NCBI GenBank assembly: GCA_963745025.1
Contig: CAVUWD010000019.1
Span: forward strand, 192,001-256,000
DNA length: 64,000 bases
Direction: 5' to 3'
Source of the DNA: an uncultured delta proteobacterium
GTDB taxonomy: Bacteria > Desulfobacterota > Binatia > JACPRU01
Shown: piece by piece, positions 29,601-39,606 of the stretch
How positions within the stretch are numbered: the first letter of the stretch is position 1
Layout of the letters: each line of letters opens with the position of its first letter
Notes under the pieces: generated by a model
Told to the model about the DNA's origin: nothing
Seen by the model: only the letters and a program-made list of their open reading frames with translations
Database searches by the model: none
Translations under genes and position numbers: made by a program

Positions 29601-30248
29601 GTCGACCGCGGCGTAGGAAGGATAGACGCGGTCGGCATCGCGGAGCGCTTCGGCGGGAAACGAGTGCGGCAGCGCCACGACGCGGATCCCGGCGGCTCGG
29701 GCGGCAGTGATCCCTTTCGGAGCGTCCTCGACGGCGAGGCACTGGCGCGCGTCGAGGTCGCGGAGCGCTCCGCGGCGCAGCCGCGCGACGGCCAGGCGGT
29801 AGCCCTCCGGATCGGGCTTCCCCGCCCGCACGTCCTCGGCACTGACGATCAGCGGAAAGAAGCGCTCGAGGCCGGACCGAGCGAGAACCGAAGTGATCTC
29901 GTTCCGAAGCGCGCCGCTGACGATCATGAGCGCCGCGCGCTCGGCCGCGGCGGCGACGAATCCTTCGACGCCGGGACAGAGCGGCACGCCGCGAGCGAGC
30001 CGTACGGCCATCGCGGCGCTCTTCTCTCGGACGAGCCCCGCGACGTCGTCTCGAAGATCGGGGCGTTCGAAGTCTTCGACCATGCGCCTGACGCATTCCC
30101 GATCCGTGAGCGCCAGGTAGCGCTCGTAGTAGATGGGTTCGGCGAGCACGATGCCGCGTCTTGCCAGGACTTCGGCGAAGGCGGCGTAGTGAAGCGGCTC
30201 GCTGAGCGCGATGGTGCCGTCGAAATCGAAGAGAATCGCGCGAAGCAT
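29571..30248 (-). CDS. HAD-IA phosphatase (beta-PGM/CbbY-like)
   Basis: FDFDGT, IVSG, GKPDPEGY, VEDAPKG. Confidence 0.92.
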   Translation of the reverse strand: MLRAILFDFDGTIALSEPLHYAAFAEVLARRGIVLAEPIYYERYLALTDRECVRRMVEDFERPDLRDDVAGLVREKSAAMAVRLARGVPLCPGVEGFVAAAAERAALMIVSGALRNEITSVLARSGLERFFPLIVSAEDVRAGKPDPEGYRLAVARLRRGALRDLDARQCLAVEDAPKGITAARAAGIRVVALPHSFPAEALRDADRVYPSYAAVDWRALEELLA

Positions 30249-30304
30249 CGTCTGTTGACTTTCGGACGCCGACTCTGAACTGTCGGCCCGAGGGCGAACC
30301 AGAG

Positions 30305-30649
30305 ATGAACGACGATTGCGTGTTCTGCAAGATCGTCACGGGAGCGATTCCCGCGAAGTTCGTGCACCAGGAGGACGAGCTGGTGGCGATCGAGGACCTC
30401 CATCCTCAGGCGCCCACGCACCTGCTCGTGATCCCCAAACGCCACATCCCCACGGTGCTCGACCTGAAGCCCGAGCACGCGCGGCTGCTCGGGCGGATCT
30501 TCGAGACCGCGAATCGGCTGGCGCTCGATCGCACGCTCGAAGGTGGGTTCCGCGTCGTCGTCAACAATGGACCGGGCGGCGGTCAAACCGTCTATCACCT
30601 CCACTTCCATCTACTCGGTGGCCGACCAATGCGGTGGCCGCCGGGGTGA
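30305..30649 (+). CDS. hinT: Histidine triad nucleotide-binding protein (Hint)
   Basis: DCVFCKIV, PQAPTH, GQTVYHLHFHLLGGR. Confidence 0.93.
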   Translation: MNDDCVFCKIVTGAIPAKFVHQEDELVAIEDLHPQAPTHLLVIPKRHIPTVLDLKPEHARLLGRIFETANRLALDRTLEGGFRVVVNNGPGGGQTVYHLHFHLLGGRPMRWPPG

Positions 30650-31110
30650 AGGTGAAGAAGAAGCAGGACGTCCGGCCCGAGGTCATCGTCTATACCGACG
30701 GGGCGTGCTCCGGAAATCCCGGACCCGGAGGATGGGCCGCGGTGCTCCGCTACGGCGATCACGAGCGCGAGATCTCCGGCGGCGAGTCGCACACGACGAA
30801 CCAAAAGATGGAGCTCACCGCGGCCATCGAGGCGCTGCGTGCCCTCGGGCGCCCCTGTCGCGTGCGCCTGCACAGCGATAGCGCCTACCTGGTGAACTGC
30901 TTCCGGCAACGCTGGCACGAGACGTGGATTCGCAACGGCTGGATGAGCCGCAACAAGACGCCGGTCACCAACCGCACGCTTTGGGAGGAGCTCATCCGCC
31001 TCGCCGAGATTCACGATGTCGAGTGGATCAAAGTGGCCGGCCATTCGGGTGATCCGCTGAACGAGCGTTGCGACGCGCTCGCCCGCGCCGAGATCGAGCG
31101 CGTCGCATGA
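30646..31110 (+). CDS. rnhA: Ribonuclease HI
   Basis: YTDGACSGNPGPGGW, TTNQKMEL, DSAY, GHSG..NERCD. Confidence 0.96.
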   Translation: MKVKKKQDVRPEVIVYTDGACSGNPGPGGWAAVLRYGDHEREISGGESHTTNQKMELTAAIEALRALGRPCRVRLHSDSAYLVNCFRQRWHETWIRNGWMSRNKTPVTNRTLWEELIRLAEIHDVEWIKVAGHSGDPLNERCDALARAEIERVA

Positions 31111-31224
31111 AGGGCCTGGCCACCGGTTTGATCCGGCGGGGTCGATTGCGCGCCGAGGGTGAGCGGATGCGGAGCGAGATGCGCGCTCGCTTCTCCGAAC
31201 GGCCCGGTGAGGCGCGCAGGGAAT

Positions 31225-33000
31225 CTAGCTGACTAGCTTGGCGGAAAGGATCCGCGCGGTGTTGAACACGCGCTGGTCCTGCCGGAGGCGGCAGAAGCCG
31301 GTGAGGTAACGCCCGTCGAAGCTCGACGGCTCGACGATCCGGCGAGTCACACCCTGAAAACCGTCGTACTCGATCTCCATCGGCGTGTGATTCTCGACCG
31401 CCGTGAGTAGCAACGCGCGGATGTCTTCGCTGTCGCGCGCCTCGGTCGGCGCCTTGGGCTTCCTTTTCGCGCTCTTGCCGTGCACGCGCAGGAGCTTTTC
31501 GACCAGCGACTCGAGCTCTTGGGCGCGCGTCGGCGCCCCCGTGTCCTCTCGCCGTGTGAGCTCGAGAGCGAGGATCTCCTCGAGCGCGGCGAGCGCCGAG
31601 AGGTCGAAGTCGGGATCCACCTCGCGCGCCAGTTTGGTCGCCGCGCGCACCGCCGCATAGATCTCCTCGAACTCGGGGCGCGTGAGCGTGAGCTGTGCGC
31701 CGCGGGCGGTCACCTGCACCTTGTCGGTTCCCGCCGACGAGACGCTGTAGCCGGCCTTGCGGAGCTCTCTTCCGAGGGTCGCGAGGTCGACGTTCGACGT
31801 GAGCAGCGCGAGCGCATCGCCGATGCGGCGCTGGATGTAGGGGGCGAAGCGCGGATTGGCTTCGAGCTCACCGAGCAGCGTGCCCTCGCGGGCCTCGATG
31901 TAGGGCCCGGCGACGCCGATCCGCACCTCTCCGTGGCGGCCCTCGCAGTCCTCGACGAGCTGGCGCACGGTGGCCGGTACGCCGGTCCCGCTCACCGATT
32001 CGAGGAATGCGAGCAGCTCGCCGGCGGAGAATCCACGGTCGAGCGCGTTCATCAGCGAGTCCCACGTGATCGCGAACGCCGTGTAGATGTCGACCGAGCG
32101 CAGATCGCCAAGCCGGGCGAGGTTCAGGTAGACACCCGGGTCGAGGTCCGGCGGCGCGAGAATCTCGAGATTCGGCTGCAGCGTCACACGGGCCGCGGAA
32201 TCCGAGAGCGCGGTGCCGAAGCTCTGGATGATCCCCGGCCAATTCTCCGTGAGCACCAGTCGGCCGAGCGGTGAGACGCGAAACGCTTCCGCCTCCGAGA
32301 CGGCCGGCGGACGCCGTACCAGCGGTTCCACCAGTCCGAGCCAGGCGAGCGGACCAGCGAGCATTCGCCGCAGCAGCGTTGCCGGCGAGACGCGTCCGCC
32401 GTAGCGCGACATGGCGCCGTCGTCGGCGCCGCGACCGCGCGCCTGGAGGCTTCGGTCGAGTCGAGACAGCAGCGTGCCGATCTCGATCGATTCGCCTTCT
32501 GGTGCGGCGAGCAATTCTTCGCAGAGGCGGCGGCGTCGTGCCTCTAGCCCCGGGTCGGCCGAGATGTATTCGCGCCGGACGAGTGACAGCACGTCGGGAT
32601 CGGCGAGCGATTCGTTCCAGAGCGCGGTGCGCAGCCAGAAATGGTGGACCGAGCGGAGCAGGCGCTCCGGCTGCCAGAGCCGGATCAGATTCGGCCGGCT
32701 GATTTCCCAGCGATCCTCGCCCTCGAAGAGCACGCGGCGATCGATGAGGAAGACGCCGAGGAAGCTCGCGTACTCCTCGTCGCTTCGGCGCAGGAAGGGC
32801 GCGATCCGTTGGGTCGTCTTCTTGCCGATGCCACCGGTCGCGACCCGCTTCGTCGAGACGCGCTCGAAGTGGCCGGCAAACGTCAAGAGATCCCGGGCGA
32901 AGGTGTCGAAGGCCTCGCTGCGCTCGCGCAGGACGGCCGCGGCGGACGCCGCGACCGGCCGTGCCGGCTTTGCCTTGATCGTCTTGTTCGCGCGAGGCAT
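31225..33000 (-). CDS. XPB-associated protein: helicase-associated (Helicase_C_3-like) domain plus C-terminal WYL domain
   Basis: VTLQPNLEILAP...SLMNALDRG...GVPATVRQLVED; C-term IEY..RRIVEP..LTGFCRLRQDQRVFNTARI. Confidence 0.82.
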   Translation of the reverse strand: MPRANKTIKAKPARPVAASAAAVLRERSEAFDTFARDLLTFAGHFERVSTKRVATGGIGKKTTQRIAPFLRRSDEEYASFLGVFLIDRRVLFEGEDRWEISRPNLIRLWQPERLLRSVHHFWLRTALWNESLADPDVLSLVRREYISADPGLEARRRRLCEELLAAPEGESIEIGTLLSRLDRSLQARGRGADDGAMSRYGGRVSPATLLRRMLAGPLAWLGLVEPLVRRPPAVSEAEAFRVSPLGRLVLTENWPGIIQSFGTALSDSAARVTLQPNLEILAPPDLDPGVYLNLARLGDLRSVDIYTAFAITWDSLMNALDRGFSAGELLAFLESVSGTGVPATVRQLVEDCEGRHGEVRIGVAGPYIEAREGTLLGELEANPRFAPYIQRRIGDALALLTSNVDLATLGRELRKAGYSVSSAGTDKVQVTARGAQLTLTRPEFEEIYAAVRAATKLAREVDPDFDLSALAALEEILALELTRREDTGAPTRAQELESLVEKLLRVHGKSAKRKPKAPTEARDSEDIRALLLTAVENHTPMEIEYDGFQGVTRRIVEPSSFDGRYLTGFCRLRQDQRVFNTARILSAKLVS

Positions 33001-33007
33001 GTCCCGC

Positions 33008-34735
33008 TCAGCCCGTGTCCGAGGAGCGCCGGTCACCCGCGGCGTCCGCGGTTTGCGCCAGCGGCGTCCAGGCGCGGATCTCGTACTGGTAGCCCTGTTC
33101 GGTGAGGAAGCGCTGGCGGTTCTGCGCGAACTCCTGATCACGCGTGTCGCGTGTCACCAGCGCATAGAAGCGCGCCTGGTTCGCATCGGCCTTGGGGCGC
33201 AGGATGCGGCCGAGCCGCTGCGCCTCCTCCTGCCGCGATCCGAACGTTCCGGAGACCTGAATCGCCACGTTGGCGTCGGGCAGATCGATCGCGAAGTTGG
33301 AGACCTTCGAAACGATCAGCAGGTTCAGCTCCGATCCTCGGAACTTCTCGTAGAGAACGTCGCGCTCGGCCTGTGGCGTCTTTCCGGTGATGAGGGGTGC
33401 GCCCGTGTCGGCGGCGATCGCTTCGAGCTGATCGATGTACTGCCCGATCACCAGCACCTTGTCGCCGCGGTGTTCTGCGAGGAGCGCGGCGAGGAGTTCC
33501 CGCTTCAAGGGGTTGGTGGAGGAGATGCGGAACTTGGCGCGCGCATCGGCGACCGCGTATTGGCGACGCGACTCCGCAGTCAACGGGATGCGGATCTCGG
33601 TGCAGCGGGCAGTGGCGATCCACCCCTGACGCTCCAGATCCTTCCACGGAACGTCGTAGCGCTTAGGACCGATCAAGGTGAAGACGTCGTCCTCGCCGCC
33701 GTCCTCGCGGACGAGCGTCGCGGTCAAGCCCAGCCGGCGGCGCGCCTGCAGGTCGGCGGTGGCGCGGAACACGGGCGCCGGCAGAAGATGGACTTCGTCG
33801 TAGATGATGAGGCCCCAGTCCCGCTCGGCGAAGAGCTTGAAGTGAAGGAACTCTTCGTTCTTGCCGCGCCGGTAGGTGAGCAGCTGGTACGTACTCAGCG
33901 TCACGGGACGGATCTCCTTCTCGTGGCCGCTGTACTCGCCGATTTGATCGGCGGTCAGGTCCGTCTTGTCGAGAATCTCGTCACGCCACTGGCGCAGGGC
34001 GCTGACGTTCGCCGTCAGAATCAGCGTCTGGGTCTGGAGCTTCGCCATCACGCCGAGGCCGACGATCGTCTTGCCCGCGCCGCACGGCAGCACGATCACC
34101 CCCGAACCGCCGCGGTTCGAGCCGTCGGCGTGGAAGAGACGCACCGCCTCCTCTTGATAGTGGCGCAGGAGGAATGGCCGGCCGGCGATCGTGTCGTTGC
34201 GAAGCTCGATCGTGAGCGGCGCACCATCGACGTAGCCGGCGAGGTCTTCGACCGGAAAGCCGGCCTTGATCAACGCTTGCTTGAGCGTGCCACGCACCCC
34301 TGGCTTGACCGCCAGCGAGCGGGCGTCGATCGGCGCGTCGAGGCACGGCTCCACCGCCTTGAGCCGCGAGATCTCCTCCAGCAACCACGCTTCATCGGAC
34401 TCGAGGACGAGCCGGTCATCCGCGCCGCGCACCAGCCGAAGCTTGCCGTAGCGGCCGACGATGTCCTCGACGTCGAAGCGCACGTTTTGCGGCACGGGGT
34501 ACTTCGAAAGCTCGTCGAGCGCGGTTAGAATGTGCGCTGCCGCGAGTCCTGCGGCCGCCGCGTTCCATAGCGAGAGCGGCGAGAGCCGGTACGTGTGGAT
34601 GTGTTCCGGGCTCTTCTCCAGCTCCGCGAAGCGGGAAATCGAGTCGCGCGCCTCCTCGTAACTAGGATGGGCGGTTTCGAGGAGAATCGTACGATCGGAC
34701 TGGACGATCAGTGGGCCTTGGGAGCGTTCTGGCAA
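33008..34735 (-). CDS. XPB/Rad25-family DNA helicase
   Basis: PLIVQSDRTILLE, LPCGAGKT, DEVH, LGLTAT, QRLGRILR. Confidence 0.95.
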   Translation of the reverse strand: MPERSQGPLIVQSDRTILLETAHPSYEEARDSISRFAELEKSPEHIHTYRLSPLSLWNAAAAGLAAAHILTALDELSKYPVPQNVRFDVEDIVGRYGKLRLVRGADDRLVLESDEAWLLEEISRLKAVEPCLDAPIDARSLAVKPGVRGTLKQALIKAGFPVEDLAGYVDGAPLTIELRNDTIAGRPFLLRHYQEEAVRLFHADGSNRGGSGVIVLPCGAGKTIVGLGVMAKLQTQTLILTANVSALRQWRDEILDKTDLTADQIGEYSGHEKEIRPVTLSTYQLLTYRRGKNEEFLHFKLFAERDWGLIIYDEVHLLPAPVFRATADLQARRRLGLTATLVREDGGEDDVFTLIGPKRYDVPWKDLERQGWIATARCTEIRIPLTAESRRQYAVADARAKFRISSTNPLKRELLAALLAEHRGDKVLVIGQYIDQLEAIAADTGAPLITGKTPQAERDVLYEKFRGSELNLLIVSKVSNFAIDLPDANVAIQVSGTFGSRQEEAQRLGRILRPKADANQARFYALVTRDTRDQEFAQNRQRFLTEQGYQYEIRAWTPLAQTADAAGDRRSSDTG

Positions 34736-35074
34736 GCGACCTCCGGACGTAGGAGGAAAAACGTATCTTATAGCAATACTTTCGGCGCGCTGCACGTCCG
34801 GTGACGCGGTTCCGTCGAGGCACGATCGTGGCCGCCCCGGCCCCTCCTCCCGCCATCGCCCCGCCCCTCCGGCAAAGCGGGGTGTCGCTTCCCTCCGCGC
34901 CACGAGAGGATTCCTGAAGCCGTGGGCGGGGGACGCGGGAAGACGCACGTTGACTGGTTTTCAGGCAGTCGTTATACGATCGTGAACTCCGTAGCGGGAA
35001 GCCATCGTGAACGCATCGTCCGAGAAACTCTGGCGCAGATCGTGGAGGCGCTCGGCTCACCCCCCAGGAGGTAG

Positions 35075-36733
35075 ATGAAGGAATTCATCCATTCGCTCCT
35101 GAGCGAAGCCTTCGTAAAGGCCAAAGAGGGGGGAGAGCTGAAAACATCGGATCTCCCCCCTCTTGCTATCGAGGTCCCGAAGGATCCAGCTCACGGTGAC
35201 CTCGCGTCGAACGTAGCGCTCGTTCTGGCACGCTCCGAAGGGCGCCCGCCGCGGCAGATTGCCGAGACGCTGCAGAGGCATCTGCGCCAGACGGACGATG
35301 TCGCGAGCGTCACGGTCGCGGGCCCGGGCTTCCTGAACTTCAAGCTCGCGCGGGAATTCTGGTGGAAGCGGCTCGCGGGGGCACGTTCGGCCGGAGCGCG
35401 CTTCGGCAGGCCGACCGTGGCACGGCGGCTCAAGATACAGGTCGAGTTCGTAAGCGCCAATCCGACCGGCCCGCTCACCGTCGGGCACGGGCGCAATGCC
35501 GTGCTCGGCGACTCGATCGCGCGCCTGCTCGAGGCGTGCGGTCACGAGGTCGTGCGCGAGTATTACTTCAACAATGCGGGTCGGCAGATGCAGGTGCTCG
35601 GCGAATCGGTGCGTGCCCGCTACCTCGAACATCTCGGTCTGCCATCGAGCTTTCCGGAGGACGGCTACCAGGGCGACTACATCCGCGAGATCGCCGCCGA
35701 CCTCGAGGCGAAGCACGGCGCCACCCTCGCCGGCGCGACCGATCACAAGCCGTTCCAGCAGCATGCCGAGCGGGCGATCTTCGCCGACATTGCGGCGACG
35801 CTCGAGCGCATGCGCATCCGCTTCGACGTGCACTTCAACGAGGATTCGCTCTACCGCGACGGCTCGATCGAGCGCGTGCTCGCCGACCTTCGCGCCGCCG
35901 GCGTGGTCTACGACAAGGACGGTGCGCAGTGGCTCCGCCTGACGGCGCTCGGGCTCACCGATGACAAAGTGCTCGTCAAGAGCTCCGGCGAGCCCGCCTA
36001 TCGCCTTCCCGACATCGCCTATCACAAGAACAAGCTCGAACGGGGCTTCGATCGAATCGTCGACGTGCTCGGCGCGGACCACATCGCCGAGCACCAGGAG
36101 GTGAAAGCGGCTCTGCGCGCGCTCGGGCTCGACGACTCGCGCGTGCACGGCATCATCTATCAGTTCGTCACGCTGCTGCGCGCCGGGCAGCTGGTGAAGA
36201 TGTCGACCCGAAGGGCCGAATATGTAACGCTCGACGAACTCGTCGCCGAGGTCGGGGCGGACGTCGTGCGCTTTCTCTTCCTCACTCGCAAGGCGGACAC
36301 GCACCTCGAGTTCGATCTCGATCTGGCCAAGCAGCAGTCGATGGAGAACCCCGTCTACTACGTGCAGTATGCGCACGCGCGGATCGCCAACATCCTGCGC
36401 AAGGCGGAGAGCGAGGGGATTCACGAGGCCGCGTCCGATGGAACGCCGCTCCACCGGCTGGTCCAGGAGGACGAGATGACGATCATCCGGCGCCTGGTCG
36501 AATTCCCGGATCTCGTCGCCGAAGCGGCCGCGGAGCTCGAACCGCACCGCGTCACCTTCTACTTGCTCGACCTCGCCGCGGCGTTTCACGGCTACTACAA
36601 TCGTCGGGAGAACCGAGTGGTGAGCGAGGATCATGAGCTTTCTCGAGCGCGCCTTTACCTGGTCGGGGTTGTCCGCCACGTGCTGGCGAGCGGCCTCGCG
36701 CTGCTTGGCGTGGGCGCCCCGGAGCGGATGTAG
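35075..36733 (+). CDS. argS: Arginine-tRNA ligase
   Basis: VEFVSANPTGPLTVGHGR, KMSTR, YVQYAHAR, GAPERM. Confidence 0.98.
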   Translation: MKEFIHSLLSEAFVKAKEGGELKTSDLPPLAIEVPKDPAHGDLASNVALVLARSEGRPPRQIAETLQRHLRQTDDVASVTVAGPGFLNFKLAREFWWKRLAGARSAGARFGRPTVARRLKIQVEFVSANPTGPLTVGHGRNAVLGDSIARLLEACGHEVVREYYFNNAGRQMQVLGESVRARYLEHLGLPSSFPEDGYQGDYIREIAADLEAKHGATLAGATDHKPFQQHAERAIFADIAATLERMRIRFDVHFNEDSLYRDGSIERVLADLRAAGVVYDKDGAQWLRLTALGLTDDKVLVKSSGEPAYRLPDIAYHKNKLERGFDRIVDVLGADHIAEHQEVKAALRALGLDDSRVHGIIYQFVTLLRAGQLVKMSTRRAEYVTLDELVAEVGADVVRFLFLTRKADTHLEFDLDLAKQQSMENPVYYVQYAHARIANILRKAESEGIHEAASDGTPLHRLVQEDEMTIIRRLVEFPDLVAEAAAELEPHRVTFYLLDLAAAFHGYYNRRENRVVSEDHELSRARLYLVGVVRHVLASGLALLGVGAPERM

Positions 36734-36738
36734 GAGGA

Positions 36739-37410
36739 ATGGTGATGCGCAGTCGAGACGGCATCGATCAAAGCGGCAAGTTCGAAATTTCCGCCACCGG
36801 CGTTCTGCTCCTCGCCATTGCCACGATGGTCGCGAGCGGGATCGTCTTCCTGCTCGGGATCTACGTCGGTAAGAGCATGGTCGAGCAACGCCTCGCGCAG
36901 GAAAGCCGCGTGGTGCGCTTGCCGGTACCGACGCCCAGCGCCGGCGGTAGCGGGAAAGGAGACGAAGTCGACGTCACGTTCTGGGACAAGCTCGGCAAGG
37001 GCGAAGCGACGCCTCCACCGGCGGCCGCGCCGAGCCCGACGGCCGCCGAGACGCCGCTGCGCGTCTCGCCGCTCGGCGCCACGCCGACGCCGCCTCCGAC
37101 GGAGCGCAAGGTGGAGGCCCCGCCGACGCCCGCGCCGACCCGCCCGCCGCCGGCCGTCGTCGAAGGGGGTAGCTTCCAGGTCCAGGTCAATGCGATGGCC
37201 GACAAGGCGCGTGCCGACGAGCTCGTCCAAGACCTGAAGAGTCTCGGTTACGTTTCCTTCATTTCTCCGGCGCGGGTCGGCGACAAGACGCTCTATCGCG
37301 TGCGGGTCGGGAATCTCCCATCGGTGGAAGCGGCCAAGCAGGCGGTCACGCGATTGCGAGAGCAGGGCTATCCGAATGCCTTCTTGGCCGCCGAGGTGAA
37401 CGACCGTTGA
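36739..37410 (+). CDS. SPOR-domain cell-division protein (FtsN/DedD-like)
   Basis: TM anchor, Pro-rich linker, FQVQV...YRVRVG; argS synteny. Confidence 0.88.
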   Translation: MVMRSRDGIDQSGKFEISATGVLLLAIATMVASGIVFLLGIYVGKSMVEQRLAQESRVVRLPVPTPSAGGSGKGDEVDVTFWDKLGKGEATPPPAAAPSPTAAETPLRVSPLGATPTPPPTERKVEAPPTPAPTRPPPAVVEGGSFQVQVNAMADKARADELVQDLKSLGYVSFISPARVGDKTLYRVRVGNLPSVEAAKQAVTRLREQGYPNAFLAAEVNDR

Positions 37411-38918
37411 GCGCGATGACCGGCACGATTCGCCCGACCTACGACGACTTCGTCGGCCTCGCCGCGCGGGGCAACGTCGTGCCGATCACCTGTGAGATTC
37501 TCGGCGACCTCGAGACTCCCGTCTCGGCCTTCCTCAAGCTCCACCGCGGGCGCCACGGGTTCCTACTCGAGAGCGTCCAGGGCGGAGAGAAATGGGGGCG
37601 GTATAGCTTCCTCGGGACCGAGCCCGACAGGGTGTGGACCGCTCGCGGTCATTCGATCGAGGTGTGCACCCGAAGCGGCGAGGTAGAGCGGCGCGAGGTT
37701 CCGGACGTGCTCGGCGCGCTGCGAGAATGGCTCCACTCCTATCGCACCGTATCGCTGCCCGACCTGCCCCGATTTTCGGGGGGGGCCGTCGGCTACCTCG
37801 GCTACGATCTGGTGCGTCACTTCGAGCGTCTGCCGGCGCGCGCCGTCGATGATCTCCAGCTGCCGGACGCGATGCTCGTCCTGGCCGACCGGTTGCTGGT
37901 CTTCGACAACGTCACGCAGAGAATTCGTCTGATCGCCAACGTCTTCCTCGAGGAGGACTCCGACCTGCGGGCCAGCTACGACGCCGCCGTGGCGGCGATC
38001 GAGGAGTGGCTCGAGCGCCTGCGCGGGCCCGTTCCGGGAAAAGGGTCTGGTCCCTTCTCCTGCGCGGGAAAGAGGCCTGGTCCCTTTCCCGAGCTGCGCT
38101 CGAATCTCAGCCAGGCCGAGTACGAGGCGATGGTCCGGCGCGCCAAGGAATACGTCCATGCGGGCGACGTCATCCAGGTGGTGCTCGCGCAGCGCTTCGA
38201 AGGCGCGCTCGGCGCCTCGCCGTTCGACGTTTATCGGAGCCTGCGCTCGATCAATCCGTCTCCGTACCTCTTCTTTCTCGATCTCGGCGAGTTCTCGCTG
38301 GCGGGCGCGTCGCCGGAAGTGATGGTGCGCGTCGAAGGCGGTGAAGTCACCGTGCGTCCGATCGCCGGCACGCGTCCGCGCGGCACCGTGGAGAGTGACG
38401 ATCTCGCGCTCGAGCGGGAGCTCTTGAACGATCCGAAGGAGATTGCCGAGCACGTCATGCTGGTGGATCTCGGTCGCAACGACGTCGGGCGGGTCGCCGC
38501 GATCGGCTCGGTGGAAGTCACCGAGCGGCTGGTCGTCGAGCGTTACTCGCACGTCATGCACATCGTCTCCAACGTGCGCGGCCGGCTGGAGGCGGGCAAG
38601 GATGCGTTCGACGCGTTTCGCGCGACGTTTCCGGCGGGCACGCTCTCGGGGGCGCCGAAGATTCGCGCCATGGAAATCATCGAGGAGCTCGAGCCCGTGC
38701 GGCGCGGGGTCTACGGCGGGGCCGTCGGCTATTTCGACTTCTCCGGCAACATGGACACCGGGATCGCGATTCGCACCGCGCTCTGCAAGAACGGGCGCGT
38801 CTACGTGCAGGCGGGTGCCGGCATCGTCGCCGATTCGGTCCCCGAGCGGGAGCATCTGGAGTGTTTGAACAAAGCGCGAGGGATGTTTCAGGCGTTACGA
38901 TTGGCGGAAGAGCTGTGA
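37407..38918 (+). CDS. trpE: Anthranilate synthase component I
   Basis: [34 protein letters not shown]. Confidence 0.96.
   Translation: MSAMTGTIRPTYDDFVGLAARGNVVPITCEILGDLETPVSAFLKLHRGRHGFLLESVQGGEKWGRYSFLGTEPDRVWTARGHSIEVCTRSGEVERREVPDVLGALREWLHSYRTVSLPDLPRFSGGAVGYLGYDLVRHFERLPARAVDDLQLPDAMLVLADRLLVFDNVTQRIRLIANVFLEEDSDLRASYDAAVAAIEEWLERLRGPVPGKGSGPFSCAGKRPGPFPELRSNLSQAEYEAMVRRAKEYVHAGDVIQVVLAQRFEGALGASPFDVYRSLRSINPSPYLFFLDLGEFSLAGASPEVMVRVEGGEVTVRPIAGTRPRGTVESDDLALERELLNDPKEIAEHVMLVDLGRNDVGRVAAIGSVEVTERLVVERYSHVMHIVSNVRGRLEAGKDAFDAFRATFPAGTLSGAPKIRAMEIIEELEPVRRGVYGGAVGYFDFSGNMDTGIAIRTALCKNGRVYVQAGAGIVADSVPEREHLECLNKARGMFQALRLAEEL
38036..38090. repeat. Intragenic pair of palindromes in trpE (30-bp period)
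   Basis: GGGAAAAGGGTCTGGTCCCTTCTCC and GGGAAAGAGGCCTGGTCCCTTTCCC. Confidence 0.75.
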
Positions 38919-38937
38919 AGAGTATGAAGAAGAAGAG

Positions 38938-39024
38938 GGGCTACCGGCTACCGACTCCCGGCTACCGCCAAAGACTTCACGGGGTCTTTTGCGGAAGCCG
39001 GAAGCCGGCAGCCGGCAGCCGGCT
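38938..39024. repeat. Heptamer-armed palindromic intergenic element, copy 2
   Basis: (GGCTACC)n - AAAGACTTCACGGGGTCTTT - (GGAAGCC/GGCAGCC)n. Confidence 0.85.
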
Positions 39025-39030
39025 GTGCCT

Positions 39031-39600
39031 ATGATCCTGATGATCGACAACTACGACTCCTTCACCTACAACCTCGTCCAGTATCTTGGCGAGCTCGGTG
39101 CGGAGGTCGTGGTGCGCCGTAACGACGCGATCGGGCTCGACGACGTCGAGGCGCTACGGCCGGCGGCGGTGGTGATTTCGCCGGGCCCGCGCACGCCGAA
39201 CGAGGCGGGGATTTCGGTGCCGCTGTTCCAGCGCTTCGCCGGCCGCTTCCCGATTCTCGGCGTTTGCCTCGGGCACCAGTCGCTCGGCGCGGCCTTCGGG
39301 GGCGAGATCGTCCTGGCCGCGCGCATCATGCACGGCAAGACGTCGCCGATCGAGCACGACGACAAGACGATCTTCAAAGACCTGCCGAATCCGTTCGACG
39401 CCACGCGCTATCATTCTCTGGTCGTCCGGCGCGAGACGTTGCCCGCGTGTCTGGAGATCAGTGCGTGGACCCGCGAGGGCGAGATCATGGGACTCCGCCA
39501 TCGCAGCCAACCGCTCGAGGGCGTCCAGTTTCACCCCGAATCGATTCTGACCCTCGAGGGTAAGCGCTTGCTCCGAAACTTTCTGAACCGTCTCGGCTGA
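39031..39600 (+). CDS. trpG: Anthranilate synthase component II
   Basis: [28 protein letters not shown]. Confidence 0.95.
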   Translation: MILMIDNYDSFTYNLVQYLGELGAEVVVRRNDAIGLDDVEALRPAAVVISPGPRTPNEAGISVPLFQRFAGRFPILGVCLGHQSLGAAFGGEIVLAARIMHGKTSPIEHDDKTIFKDLPNPFDATRYHSLVVRRETLPACLEISAWTREGEIMGLRHRSQPLEGVQFHPESILTLEGKRLLRNFLNRLG

Positions 39601-39606
39601 CCTGAC

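Noticed and set aside
32411-34528. Long antisense ORFs (also 58170-60566, 35057-36679 and the 5' part of 21863-23728)
   Set aside because: Shadows of real genes in high-GC DNA with no recognisable motifs
37380-37410. trp attenuator or T-box
   Set aside because: trpE overlaps the SPOR gene; there is no leader space and no Trp-rich peptide
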